DNA of 64,000 bases from Antedon mediterranea (lineage: Eukaryota > Animalia > Echinodermata). The notes below the pieces were generated by a model. The model was not told the origin of the DNA. It worked only from the letters and a program-made list of their open reading frames with translations, and did not search any database. The position numbers and the translations under genes are program-made. The stretch lies in the NCBI RefSeq assembly GCF_964355755.1, contig NC_092670.1, positions 31,112,388-31,176,387 on the forward strand, read 5' to 3'. Below, piece after piece: positions 14,284 to 27,869 of this stretch (position 1 is its first letter; each line of letters opens with the position of its first letter).

Positions 14284-15569
14284 GGAACGATAATTACTCG
14301 GGTAAAAAGGTTTTATTAGAACGTTTTCCTTGTACGTTTTCTGTCGGTTACCATTATTGAAAATGCCTGACATTCGTAAACTAAACCTACTCTGTTTCAC
14401 AGTGTTTTAGATGATTAACATTTTAAAGTATAGTGTTTATTGTTTGGTAGGGCCCTTATAGGGCGAGGTGGGGAGGCGGATTTAATTTGTGGAAGATGCT
14501 TATTCAAGGGATATGTTAATTTTTTTAGTTTTAATAATATGGAAACATTTATAATCAAATGAAATCCTCTAATAGATATGAAAAGTGGTAAAAAAGAAGA
14601 ACAAATGCTTGGTAAATTGTAGATAACAGTGCGATGAATTATACTACAAATAGTATGATTGTGTTATTATAAATAATTATGTGGATGGACGTTTATTAGA
14701 TAGTTGGGTTGGAGGTGGGGATTATTATTCAAAGTGATGTTTTATTGGAGAGGCGTTTATTCAAATATATACAATCCTAATAATTAATACATTATTTAAT
14801 TTAAACATCTTTTGAATCTAACTTCCGCGACAGAGTGGGCCGTTTCGGCCCAAGAAAGAAGACATTACGACTTGCAGCATGGGCAGACATCCCGGTCCTA
14901 ACGGGAAACAGATAGCCTACACTGTTATTCCTGCCAGCTTACTAAATAAAACTCGGTTATCGAGATTTTACTCGATCGATTTTAAACAAAATGTCTTATC
15001 ATCAAATCTCCCTATGTAATTTTATAATACTATTCTCCACAATATATTCAGATGCTTTATGGCGTATATTTAATTTAATTTTTTAACTACTGTACCTTCA
15101 CACGCGCGGGTCGTTCCTAAAATAAACAAAAACTAAAATGGCTATAGCTAGCCACTCTAACGGCCAACTTAGTTTAAACCAGGTGAACTCATCGTGAACC
15201 CGGAAATTAGTTTGAACGTTGCGTAGAATTGAAATTGAGTTGAAAATCAATCGTTGAAATCATAAATTTGGTTTAAAAAAACTCTTTATAATATCTTCCT
15301 AAAAAGATAGAAATATGGAACAATATCGTAATAGTGAAAACTAATGTTAACTAATTTACATTTCACGGTACATCTGAGATAGATCAGGTAGGTACCCAAG
15401 GCAGAGATTTGTACCGAAGTTTTTCCATTGTGCTTGCCTATGTCAGAAATTACCATATTTTATATATAGATTGACCACAAAGGTGTGTATAAAGCAACAA
15501 TTTTAAAGAGCTAGCAACAGTATCTCCTTGGTGAAACTGCAGCGTTCTCATCTGCTCTCTATTCAAGAC

Positions 15570-16047
15570 GATGGCGGTAGTGATAGTTTGTGGGGTGGTG
15601 GTTGTTGTGGTAATTACGGTGGTGGACGTAGTAGTGGTCAGCGTGGTGGTGGTCGTGTGGTAGAGTTTGTCTCCGTCGTGTCGTGGTAGTCAGTGTGCTC
15701 ACCTTGGTCGTGGTAGTCTTGGTGATCGTGGTGTTCGTAGTGGTCGTTATCGAATTGTTAATTACCACAGACGATAACTACTAAGTGTGTAATTGTAGAA
15801 TGTATGTTTTATTCTTTTCTTAAATTAATAATAATGATAATTTAATAACATTAATTTCATAAACAATAATCCATCCCGATATGTTCTATGAGCCCCTTCT
15901 TCAAGGGTGTATAGTCACCTCGTCCTAGTTTAGACGAGGTGAACAAAACCAAGTTGCACAAGACAAATGTGTTTACATTCAAGCACTGTATCCTATTATA
16001 TTTAAAATGTAAAACATGTTTTTATTTTCTAATAAAAACCCTAATAA
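15570..16047 (-). repeat. Inverted copy of the 6201-6640 repeat with a short (GGT)n tract
   Basis: Reverse-complement similarity visible over about 450 bp. Confidence 0.75.
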
Positions 16048-16739
16048 TTAAGCAATTTACATTTTTATGAGACAAGTTATGATATAACAGTTACTGTAAA
16101 TATATGTAACATGAACTGATGATACAAAACTAGATACAATTATAAACATGAAATCTACATATCTCAAGACCGAGATTTTGAACTTACAGTATTATGAGAA
16201 AATGTTTAGTAGATACATTCATATCCACTGTACAAACGTGGCCGGAATGGCTTTATCTTTCAGTTATACGTTTCACCTTGATATTCTGATATACAATTAA
16301 CAATGTGTAGGTGAAAAAACTGGATGTTATTGAAACAATATTAAAGGTCCTGGACAATACAAATTTCTTGTAATTGTCCTACAATCGTGCTTTATATACT
16401 ATATAGTTAATAGTACAAACGACTACCAAACACTTAGTTCACTTTACTCATTAAAAGTATATACATTTTGTTAATAAACATGATAATGCTGTCCTTCTTC
16501 TCAAATATTTCAGTGCCCAAAATGCAATGCGATAATAGTGCATCAGACGTAGAATAAGCAAACATCGGTCTCATGATTCTGTAATTGCATAATGATGATA
16601 CCTTCTAAGAGTAAATATTATTAGCCGTACTTCACATGCACAGTCATAATATAAGCTTCCTCTTTCACTAAATATACAAAAAACAATAGATAATTTTATC
16701 TTGACTTTGAAATATAAAAAATGAATATTTTTTTTACAA

Positions 16740-17572
16740 AAATAGGTCATGTCGCAGTTTATTTAACTAAGATCAGTTTTGTAGATAAAAACACTTTTAA
16801 AATAAGGTTTTCACTTATAAAAAGACAAAATAGACGGTTAAATTCAATCAAAACCCCATTGATTTCTAGTCAATTTTTTTGAATAATTTTTGCTTTTAAT
16901 TGTGGCACACTCAAACGAAACCAGACATAAGTTGCATGGATAGATTTGTATAGACAGCTAAAATAATAAAAGGCTGAAAATTAGTTTACGGAAAACGATA
17001 TTTGAAACAGTATTATTTATGTTTTTCTATTTTGAGATGAGACAAATAAAATGCAGGAATTTTAACATTTTGTGTTGTCTGTTAGTTAAAATAAAATAAA
17101 ATAATAATGCATAATAAATTGTGCATGGTTTTCATGAATCCTTTTGTGTATTATGTTTAAATTAAATGTGTTCCTATAGGTTGTTTTTAATAAAACATTT
17201 ATATAACAATATAATATATAGAACAATATTTAATTAATGAACGAAGGTATGAAGTTTCATTGAAATACAACAATTAGAATACCCATTTGCTTTGTACTTG
17301 TCATTGCCTTTTACTTAACTTTAACAGCATTTTTTTTATTGTTACAACCAAAACGTTAGACTGTGATGTCTCTGTGTAAACATGGTATCACTATTTTCAG
17401 TTTAAATCTTAGATTATGTAGTTTCTGTATTTTTGAAAATCTAAATTTTGACAATTTCTACTTATGTTTGATTTCGCCTGATATTTTGAGTTTGTATCCA
17501 ATTTTTGGTCAAAGTGAATAACTAATAATATGTGACAATAAAATGGCATATTCGTCAGGAGATAATACATCT
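16740..17572 (+). mobile_element. Decayed non-autonomous Kolobok element (right end)
   Basis: Ends GGTCAAAGTGAATAAC...GATAATACATCT followed by TTAA (17573-17576), like the right end of 49587-52872; left boundary uncertain. Confidence 0.6.
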
Positions 17573-18051
17573 TTAAGAGTAAGTGTTAATAATAATAATA
17601 ATAAATAATTATTGCTGTTTATTTCAGATTGTAAATTAACACTCGAAACCCTCTATAGACATGGAACACGAGTAGGTAGATAAGACTAATTAATCTACGT
17701 CTCGAGAGAGTTTTGTTGAGCTACTTAGCTTGACTTCCTCAATTTCAGTCACCATGCGGTTTGCCTGCATAGTAGGCCTATACTGAACAACTGCAGGAGT
17801 TGCTGATTAAATCGACAACTCTCATCAGACGAAAGTTCGTTGGTTCATTTTATGAATTTGGCTTAGTTACCTAGCACATACACTGAACCCAGAAAGTGTT
17901 TGTTTGTCTTGAAATATCTTTGTATTTGCAACTTTTTTAATAGACCACAAATATATTTTCTGTGAAACCAGGGAGATGTAAATCCCGGGTGAAACACTGA
18001 TATTAAGAATTCAATAAATGCCATGATCATCTTTATATTAATTTTACTTAC

Positions 18052-21000
18052 AACCATTACGAAATATCTCTGCCTCGTTAGAAGAGCTGAATAAGAAGAC
18101 TGGGGTCGGAAACTCATGTTCCCATTCACATGTTGACAGCGGTGTATCAATAATAAGTAGCCATCCTTTATCAACTTCGCATCCGCCATAATATTTATTA
18201 ACAAAGAACACCCGTGCCTTGCTGTAGTAATTTAAAATAAATATATAATGTCCTCTTTTATGTAATATTCCAAAACTTCTCATAATTATAGTTTGTTTTT
18301 TTTTCCTTTTTTCAAAGGATTTTTTTCAAGGATTTTAAGCATAATTTCACCAACCATCACTGTTTAATTTTTCTTTTAATTGTTATTACAATAATGGACA
18401 TTGTTAGTGTAGTATAGGATTTGCATAATCCCACGTGGTATGTTTTATATTTTGATTATGATGTGCAGCAACAAGAAAAGCTATAACCTTACAATATGTA
18501 ATTATTTCATTATTTTTTTGCTTTTAAATCTTCCCAATGTGAATACAACATTGAAGGCATAATTCCTAATTTTCATTTGGCTACGAAAAAACAGATTTAA
18601 AACTTACTCATGACCTGCTATGCTGAAGTAATTCATCTCTACACCAGGCTTTAAATCATCCCAAGGTGAATCAAGAAGATGTTCAATTGAAAACCAAGAT
18701 GTTTTAGTCGTTGTTATTCCGTTAAATGTCAAATGTATAAGCTCGTCATAACTTTTTGAATACAATGTTAACTTCACCTATGCATACATTATTAGCGATT
18801 ATTAATGAGTATGTAGGTATATTTCTTTAATAGTGACTAGTATTATGCAAATTATACTATAAACAAAAGTTGATCAAATAAGAGTTTAAAAATAAGAATG
18901 GACATGTATTCAATAGAGCTAATACAGAGTTTTAAAAATAAGTATATGAAAACAGAGAGAGAAAAAGGATGTTTAAGAGCAATTTAAATGCTGGCTACTG
19001 TATGTATACAATAGGACATTATAGTATATCAGTAGCAATGTGTTCAATGGTAGATTAGTATAGATCATTACGCTACAAACCTGAATAATGTTCGAACTAG
19101 TCCAGTTTTCCAACAGTTTGTTCAATCTGAAGTTTTCTGAAGAACCAAATGATTTAGCAGCCTCCGATTCTGATGTTTGAGTTCCATCGACAAATGACTC
19201 ATAAATGGAAACTCCAGTACCCGACATGCCCTTGAATATCAAGTTCCATTCTAAAAAAGAATCGGCATGAACGAATAAGTTTCTCTATTCTGTATGTTAT
19301 ACCAGAGAAGAGTGAAATTATAATTTCACTCATCCCTGGTTAATAATATTTATTCGGCAAAAGTTCATAAAGTACATTTTACAATTCATCTTGCCAGGAG
19401 CAAGTAATAGGCATGAGCCCAAACAAAAAACTGCTCTTACTCCATCATTACTTATAAAATACAAAAATAACAAAACTAAGTAGCACAAATTAAGTCAAAA
19501 TAAAACAAAACAAAACAAAGTTATAATGAGATACACCAATTAAAAATAAGCTGCATTGAATAAACAATATAAACAATTACAACTTAATATTTTGAGATCA
19601 AATGTTTGATGAGTTGGGCTTTAAAGTCTGAAATTGTAGCACATTGTTTAATTTCATTGGGAAGTTGCTCCCATAATCTAGGGAAAATAACAAACGATGA
19701 ATTTAAAAATGTATTGGTCTTTGCCTTCCAATGTATTAACCGCCCTTCACACCTCTCACTTGATCTCACAAACTCATTAAAGGATGATGGACAGAGGCCA
19801 TGCATTATTTTAAAACCTAATATGAGTCTATACACTTTAAATATATCTTCAATACTTAAAATATTTAGGGTCTTTAACCTATATAAATATGAAGTGTCCC
19901 AATTTCCTTCTTTTCTGTACATAATTATTCTAGTGGCCTTTCTCTGAACCCTTTCAAGTCTATACATATGAGATATTTCAGTAGGTGCCCACATACAACA
20001 ATAGTAAGTCAAAACAGGTAGTATTAGTGCTTTGTAAAGATTTAGCATTGTCATCCAAGACATTGCTTTACTACATCTTGAAACAAAACCAAGAAGTTTG
20101 CTTGCCTTACTACAAACATAATCTACATGAGAGTGGCATGTTAATTTACTGTTGATATATACACCAAGTAGTTTGAATTCATGGACTCTTTCCGTTGAAT
20201 CGGAATTGATATCGTAAGCAAATATGATGGGATCTTTACACCTGGATAAACTCATTTCTGCACATTTTGATGCCTTTAATGGTAGTTTATTTAAAACTGA
20301 CCATTCATAAATCTTATTTAAATCACTCTGTAACTTTATACAGTCTTCTAATTCATGAATAGGTCTTGAAATGGTATTGTCATCAGCAAATTGAAAAATT
20401 GAAGATTCTATACCATATTCAAGATCACTCACATACAATAGAAACAAAAGAGGGCCAAGAACTGACCCCTGGGGTACCCCTGATATTACATTCTTCCAAT
20501 GCGATATTTCACCTCTATAGATAACTCTTTGTTTTCTATTTAAAAGAAAATCCTGAATCCATTTATTTAAACCTTTGTTTAAGCCAATATTGTTAAGTTT
20601 CTTAATCAGACGATTATGGGGTACTTTATCAAAAGCAGATGAAAAATCTAAGAAAATTACATCTACTTGCTTACAATTTTTTGCATCTAAACTTTGAGCC
20701 CATGAATGAAACGCCTTAGTGAGTAACAATTCAGTACTATAAGCATGTCTAAAACCAAACTGATTATCTGATAATATACTATTAGCCTCTAAGAAATTAT
20801 TTATTTCTTAGAGTACATTTGCATAAATTTACGTAAGAGCAAATTCGTAAATTCCGCGTAACTTTTATAATTTGCTATGCTATATACAAGGTTGGTACAT
20901 ACCTTCGGTACTGATTTCACCCATCCAATTCAACCATGTTTACTGATTAGGTAATTAGTTATTGACATGTAAAACGAATTTAGGTTAAACTATTTACAAA

Positions 21001-23712
21001 CTGCTTGTCAATATGCTGAAACATACTCCCACAATACAACAATAACAATACATGTTTTTAATTGCTAGAAACCGGTTAAACAGCTCGAGTACAACATCTA
21101 AATGTTGAACATTTATTTTAAAGATGTATGTCCCCCTGAATTTTTGTTTTAATTGTTGTTTTTGAATATGCCATTTTAATTTCACTTAATAGTTATCCAC
21201 TTTGATCAAAAATTGAACCGAAAAAAAACTATTTTTACCTGAAAAACAGTAATTTAAAGCAAATAGGCTGCCAGCCAATGGGGTTTTTGGTTAAATTTGT
21301 GATCATTTATTTTGTATCATTCAAAATTCTTCAAATGTATTACAACAAAAATGTGGTTTCGATTAAACCTTGTTTCCGGTCAATGTTCAGTTGAGTTATG
21401 TTGAGTTGCGCTGAGTTTTCAGAATGATGATGATTTCTTGGTTACGGTATTTTAATTATCTTGAGCCTGTCAAACTCTTGTGATGTAGGTGTAAACCGAA
21501 TGCCGGCAACGAGCAAACTGGCCCGCGTGAAAATTTTTCTTTATGATGCAACCTAGCATAGGGCATGTATATGCCCTTTTCTAATCTAGGCTTACATTAA
21601 GTCTTAAATAAAACTGCATGTGATTGTATTGTATCTCCACATAATATCTATTTCCGAAATATCATAGGAATATTTGGTAATACAGCATCTCATTTACTAC
21701 TACATACATGTGAAAAACATGGGATGTTGTATTACCAAACATTCCTATGATACTTCGGAAATAGATACAGTACCGAGAATCGGCTGAATAACGGAGGTGT
21801 AGGCTGGGGGTGCGAGGGGTGCGGAAAAGTTCAGTTTTTTTTAAGTTTCTACTCCTGACATTTTCAAAGTATGAGTGCAATTTATGAAGACTTAGTAGCT
21901 CTAGCCATGGTGGGTTGGTAATGTGGGCTTTTAATTTTGTTTCACTTCAATGTCCAATTTCTGGGGACTTTGCAGCACTACATTTCAAATGTTCTTAGGC
22001 AAAGTTAAAACAATTAACTTAACCTAGAGACAGCAACCACGGAAGCAACCAGTCTACGCTTCTGAATAGATAGTGAAATTCCTGCATAAAGGTACTTTTA
22101 CCATTACCTGATTTGCAATGTCCATTATCACAGAAACACACGTGAGTATCCAAACCAGAATGACCATGGTGATACGTTTCGTCTTTACAATTTCCGTAGT
22201 ATTCCTTTACAACAACAAAATAACGTTATCTTATTTTGATGAAAAGAAAAATCATTACTATACCATGAAAAGTACAGTGTGTCGTAACGGCAACAGTAGT
22301 TGTTAAATCAAATAAGCGGCAACAGCAAATATTAAATTTATATAGATTATTGTATAAATACAAAATGTTTGCAACATCACTATGGTGATAGGCAGATTAA
22401 TCTGACTGTAGCCATGGTATTCAGTGCGTTTGTATAAATAATAACTGTTTATCAGTTGAATATTGATAATATTTCATCAGTTGTGAAAGATTAACGGAGA
22501 TGCGACGGAGCCAAGTTAAACAGGTAATCTTTCAACAAACGAAATATTATCTCAATTCCACGAATACAAAACAATCATTATTATTTGTTTTTACAATTTG
22601 CCTTTCTCATAGCGAGAGAAAAAGGATATAGACTAAATACGAATCTACCATCGTAGGCCTATGTTGTTGTTTTTTCCATATACTGAACTGAACATGCATT
22701 AGAAACATTATATCACCGATAGGATATACTGTATGCAAATAAATGCTTATGAGTTAAATAGGAAGAATATTTTATTTATAATATACCTGATTATTGTCAT
22801 TTGATTATATGAAACAAACAAATTAACAAACAAATTAACAAGGCGCTGTTGGTTATATAATTTCAAACTGTGAAATTGAATGCTTTATATTCTTACCTTA
22901 TCAATGAACTCATAATAAACTACATCGTCTACTACCTCAATATTGTTTGTATCTTCGTGTTTAGCGCAATTCAAGTAACATACACTGCGCAGCGTGTCAT
23001 AAGAAACTGACTGGCACAACTGATCCTTCTGGCAGGAAACAATGCATTGGACTACGGAAGGACTCTTGAAACTGTGTATTATGTGGCCTGGTAACGTAAC
23101 ACCAATTTCGGTTGTCTTCATTATGCTGGATCGTTGATGTTTTCTTTCAACAACTGACCGACGGTCAATAAATTCTAGAATGAAATATATAATAAACAAT
23201 TCCAGAAACAAATTATAATACAAACGTGATCAAACTAGTAGACTGTTTGTGCTAATGTTATACGTTTTAAAAAGTGACACCTGCAGGTGTTGATACGGTA
23301 TGAAAGGAATCAATTCTCAGATCTTCTTTAAAAATATCGTTGGCATATAAAATTTGGACATTCGTATCGTTTTCAAACATCAAAAGTGCCTGATCAAAAT
23401 AAAAGCCAATCACATCACCAGCTTCTACAGGAATCCAGTCGGAACGAGAAAGAGAATGTGTATAAGTTTGATCGATTTTATCGACGGCCGATAGCATTGT
23501 GTGGCCTATCAGTTTATATTCCTTCACTGTATCTGTAGGCCGCCACACCAACCCCGTGAAATTCACAGATACAGATGGAATCCACTTCCATGCCTTGATG
23601 TACCCAGGACAATTGATAGGGTTGTCTGGATTTATCATGACCATATTTCTGATGTTATCTAATACTGTACCCATTCTGAGTGTATCTTTCTTTGTACAAT
23701 CAGCTTGCGATT
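18052..23712 (-). CDS. Partial multi-exon gene: uncharacterised N-terminal domain, PAN/Apple domain, short Cys-rich segment and uncharacterised C-terminal domain (about 439 aa visible)
   Basis: GT-AG exons 23712-23281, 23174-22897, 22204-22108, 19250-19081, 18777-18608 and 18221-18052, joining in phases 1,0,1,0,2 with no stops; PAN motif QCIVSCQKDQLCQSVSY...CYLN; C-terminal motifs WNLIFKG, WFS...SPWDDL, YFSIAG, YGGCEVDKGWL, CEWE. First and last exons not found; the 23281 donor (GTGTCA) is weak. Confidence 0.75.
19341..20800 (-). mobile_element. 5'-truncated CR1/L2-group LINE in an intron; RT ORF 19584-20729 uninterrupted
   Basis: LDFSSAFDKV, SGVPQGSVLGPLLF and FADD motifs; 3' UTR with short (TTA)n tail; nearly identical to 42668-44130. 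Confidence 0.92.
20823..21110 (+). repeat. Old dispersed repeat, same family as 47414-48724 and inverted 57822-58400
   Basis: Shared ATAAATTTACGTAAG, TTCGGTACTGAT, TAAAACGAATTTAGGTT and AAACCGGTT blocks. Confidence 0.7.
21122..21340 (-). mobile_element. Kolobok MITE terminus
   Basis: TTAA followed by AGATGTATGTCCCCCTGAA, the reverse complement of the right end of the 49587-57600 elements. Confidence 0.65.
22438..22585. mobile_element. Small palindromic element (Crypton-like MITE)
   Basis: GATAATATTTC..GAAAGATTA paired with TAATCTTTC..GAAATATTATC as a fold-back; family assignment is inference. Confidence 0.4.
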
Positions 23713-23987
23713 CTATAAAAAAGAAATTAAAAAAATAGGCCATCTAAAAGTGTATACTACCACAAAAACAGGCTCAATACTAAAATTATAGTAAATTAGT
23801 TTATTCAGTTACGGTATTTAGTAATATTAACATTTGATAACGAAATTATGGAGTCCAGATTAGGTTGCTTGGTGACAACCTAGCGCATTTGATAGACCGG
23901 TCAAGATTATCGCGACATTGTTTTTCCATAGTTGTGAACGTGTTCACCAAATGTGAGTATGGCTTTACATAATATACATTATATGCT

Positions 23988-24683
23988 TGTTACAACCGAT
24001 AATGTAGAACAATCCACCGCTAATGTAGTCAAACATCCAGTTTTATGTAGAAACAACAACAACTTTTGTAGTAAAACAAATCAACACCAGCTAATATAGA
24101 AAGTTCAACAGCTATGTAACAAAAATTTCCTCACGGCTAATGTACCTAATTACTATCGCTAGCAAAAGTATATATATTTATAACAAAGCTATGTTTAAAT
24201 GCATCTCTCTGTACTTAGCTATCAGTATCGGAAGCACCCGAATTTGAAAAAGCAACAACCCTCGGTAGCTACTACCACTCTTATAAATAAGTAACAAGTT
24301 CTCAAAATCGACCACCTTTCGTAAAGACAAACTCTCGTAAATAACCACCTCTCCTAAACTACCATCTACTACATCTCACTTAAGGAACCGCTTCTGGACG
24401 ACCACCTCTCTATACAACCACCTCATAAGGACCACCACCTCTCGTAAGGGAAGATGTGGTCGTTACGAGAGGTTGTCGATTAAAAGATGCGGTCCCTTAA
24501 GAAATGTGATCGTTACCGATTACCACTTTTTGATAGTTGCTTACGGGAGGTGGATAGACTGATAGCTGCGAGATGCATTTGCACATGCTTTAGACTTAGG
24601 TTTTACTACATTCACGGTGGATTGATCTACATTAACGGTTGTTTCGACATTATCTGGCGTTTTCTACATTAGCAGTTGTAACA
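23988..24683. mobile_element. TGT...ACA non-autonomous DNA element (Ginger-like) containing a pogo-like MITE at about 24223-24561
   Basis: TIR TGTTACAACCGATAATGTAGAA / TTCTACATTAGCAGTTGTAACA with subterminal TAATGTAG repeats; flanks ATGCT/CTGCT; inner element has repeated ACCACCTCTC motifs and inverted GAGAGGT copies. Confidence 0.55.
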
Positions 24684-25129
24684 CTGCTGTATATATCTAT
24701 GTATGTGGTGTATTAAAACGCTAACATAATGTTTAAAGCAATTAAATGTTGTACAATTCTAGTTTCATTGTTTTAGTGTGAGTCTATGAGTGGGACCAGT
24801 GTCTCTCATAAACATATTAACCGCGCCTCGCAGCTTCAAACATGTTCGAGATTCACTACGATTGTGCACCAATTCAACTGCGATGGTTATGTATTTGTAA
24901 AATGTTCTCGAAGCATACCTTTGATTAAGATCAGAAATATAAGTAATGTCACCCTTTTATGTCTGTCCACCATGATGTCGTTTTAACAGCCCTAATGATT
25001 AAGAAAGGATGGATTGGTAAAACAAATTCTGTCTATACTAAAAATGATAGATCAAATTGTATTCTTACATAGGCCTACTATAAAAACATAATCCGCTCCC
25101 GTAAGCAAACACAAATGGCGTTAAAGACA

Positions 25130-25500
25130 ATTCTTCGAGGAACAAACACGTATTGCCGTACGGGCACACACAAAACAAATGATGATGAACAAATTGGTGA
25201 AAGAACAAATTGCCGTATTGTTAAATTTACATATGGTTAAATTGCCGAAAGGAAACAAATAGGCGTAAGGACAAAATTGCCGATTGCCGTCAATTTAACA
25301 ACACGGCAATTAAACCAAACGACAATTTGTTCTATCACCATGATTTGTTCATACGGCAATGTGTAATGTGTGTGTTTGTACAGCAATATTTGTTTGTAAC
25401 TCGAAGAGTTATGTCTTTAACGCCACTTGTTTGGCTAACGGAAGCGGTATTGTTCGAACGGCAACATTTGTCTATTTTGCCCCTAATGGCCGCCCATACC
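25130..25500. mobile_element. MITE-like element with inverted subterminal AAATTGCCG repeats
   Basis: Several ACAAATTGCCG copies on the left and CGGCAAT / TTGTTC copies on the right. Confidence 0.4.
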
Positions 25501-25789
25501 TACCCGATTTTCTGACTGACGTCACTACATGGTCACTCGAATATAACAAATATGATTTGTGTCTCTTTTGTAGTTGTTAATCCCATTTAATGGACCCGCG
25601 TCGCGCTAATGCGCATCCTATTATATCCTAGATTATATTAATTCCCCACCAAAGGGGTTAATGTCCACAATACAGACAGACCATGGATTACACAACATGT
25701 GCATATACTAATTCATAAACGGCAAGCCGCTTACGTTAAAAGTGACCCAATAAAATGGAGAACATTTTGAAATATTGTTAAGCGCGAGG

Positions 25790-27390
25790 TCCTAAAAGGA
25801 ACTTCTAGAAAAGAAATTATTTACATAACCTCAAAATTCAAAAACGGTAAAAGTTCGGGCCTTGACGATATTGCTCCAACAGTTGTTAAAGACACCTTAA
25901 CATTCCCTACAACCTTAAAACTAAAATTACCCCAATTTATAACAAAGAAAACCCTCACTCTTTTTCAAACTATCATCTCATCTCTCTACTATCGTGTTTT
26001 AAAAAAATAATCGAAGGTCTTATGTACAACAGATTTTTAAACTGTTTTTCTTATCACAATATTCTTCAAGACAACCAATATGGCTTCAGACCAAACTACT
26101 CCACTGATCTTGCCGTTCTGCTTATCTTTAACAAAATCTCTTCTGCCCTCTCAACACAATCGGCTTATTTTCCTCATCTACATCAATGATATCCAACAAG
26201 CCTCAAATTCAATTTCCTTTGGTTATTTTTGTCGACGACTCCAATAATATTTTCCTCTCTTATTCCGACCTTAATACATTAATTTCACATTTGAATTCCG
26301 AAATTCACCATGTCTCAAACTGATTCAAAACTAACAAAGTCTCTTAATAAATTTTGATAAAACTAACTTTATTCACTTTTCAAATAGTAACAAATCTAAA
26401 GAAAACCCCATTGAAATATTCATAGACGATGTTTTAATTAAACAAGTTGATCATACTCAATTAATTGGAGTGACAATTGACGACAAACTTAATTGGAAGC
26501 GTCACATAATATAATCTCCAACACAATCTCTTGATCTATATGTATAATAAACAAACTCAAATTCACTTTCCCACAAAACATCTTATTTTTCCTTTATAAT
26601 ACCTTTATCCTGTCACATCTTAATTATTGTAACATTGCTTGGGCTGTCACACATTCCATACACTCTATCAATGGACTAGGACAAAAACAACAAGACTTGA
26701 CAAACTAGTTAAATAACAAAAAAAAGGCGATCCGCATCTGTACCCATTCCCCAACACCTCACTAATTCCAAACCCCTTTTTAACTAAGTATAAACTCTTA
26801 AAATCTTCCACATGAATAAATTCAGACTGCTTTGTTCATGCACACATTTAGTAATCATAAACTTCCTATCACATTTAATCGATTCTTTACAAAAAACAAC
26901 GAAGTTCACAATTATAACACCTTCAACTCTACAAAATATATCACTACCAATAACCATTCCACAGCAAGAACTCAATTAAATCTATTGGCTTCATTTTATG
27001 GAACACTTTTAACACCTCCCTAACTAACTGCTTGTTCGAATCCTTCAAGTATAGCAAACAAATCATCGTTTGTATCAAAGTATTCAATCGATCGCCCCTA
27101 CGAATTTAGCTGCTCTCCTCTAACCCAGTTTTTTAACTCTTGTCCAGCGCCTTTGTCCCTTCTGTCCTCGTTTTGTCATGTGTTTTTGTCCTGTGTCTTG
27201 TGCTTGTGTATGTACCTTATTTTTTTTATTTTTCTTTATTCTTGTTCTTTATTTATTTATTCATATTTTATTTTTTGTTTATGTATTTATTGACTACATT
27301 TGAAACATTTATTATATATACTTTTTGAATTATTTTTTTCTGGCTTTAGAGCCATTTGGGCTTATTTATTTTTCTCCAGCATAAATGCAT
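25790..27390 (+). mobile_element. Decayed CR1/L2-group LINE (RT and 3' UTR)
   Basis: KSSGLDDI, NQYGFRPNYST, LIYINDI, FVDDS, GVTIDDKLNWKRHI and LYNTFILSHLNYCNIAW motifs with frameshifts. Confidence 0.8.
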
Positions 27391-27869
27391 TCTACTTTAA
27401 AAACTGTCATGTCATTACACAATGATGTACAGTAAATCTTCTAATTGTTACCCTGGGTTATTATTCCCTTGATTGTTTGTTATGGTGGGTTACTATTAAA
27501 AGGGGGGTTACTATTAGAGTAGTGGGTTACTATTACTAATCTTAAATTAGGCACCTGTAAATAGTAACCCATCCCAACTTTTCCGATCAGCAACTCATAG
27601 CAAAATATTAAAACATTACGAATAATAAACAAATTTGGTTGAACTCCTAACTTTATTATATATATATACAAACTCAAAAAACACTCCATTCTCCCCCACT
27701 CCCGAGATCAACATGCATTTTCAAAATACGGCTACATCAAAAACAAAAAATATAATATAAACAAATGCTGATTTTAGTGTCATTTTGTCAATAGTTGTTG
27801 TGACTCTAATATTAACCTCCATAGGTTACTATTAGAGTAGTGGGTTATTATTATGTATTGACTTATAAG

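Noticed and set aside
16440-16610. Candidate last exon of the PAN-domain gene
   Set aside because: Phase-1 joining to either nearby acceptor gives an immediate TAA
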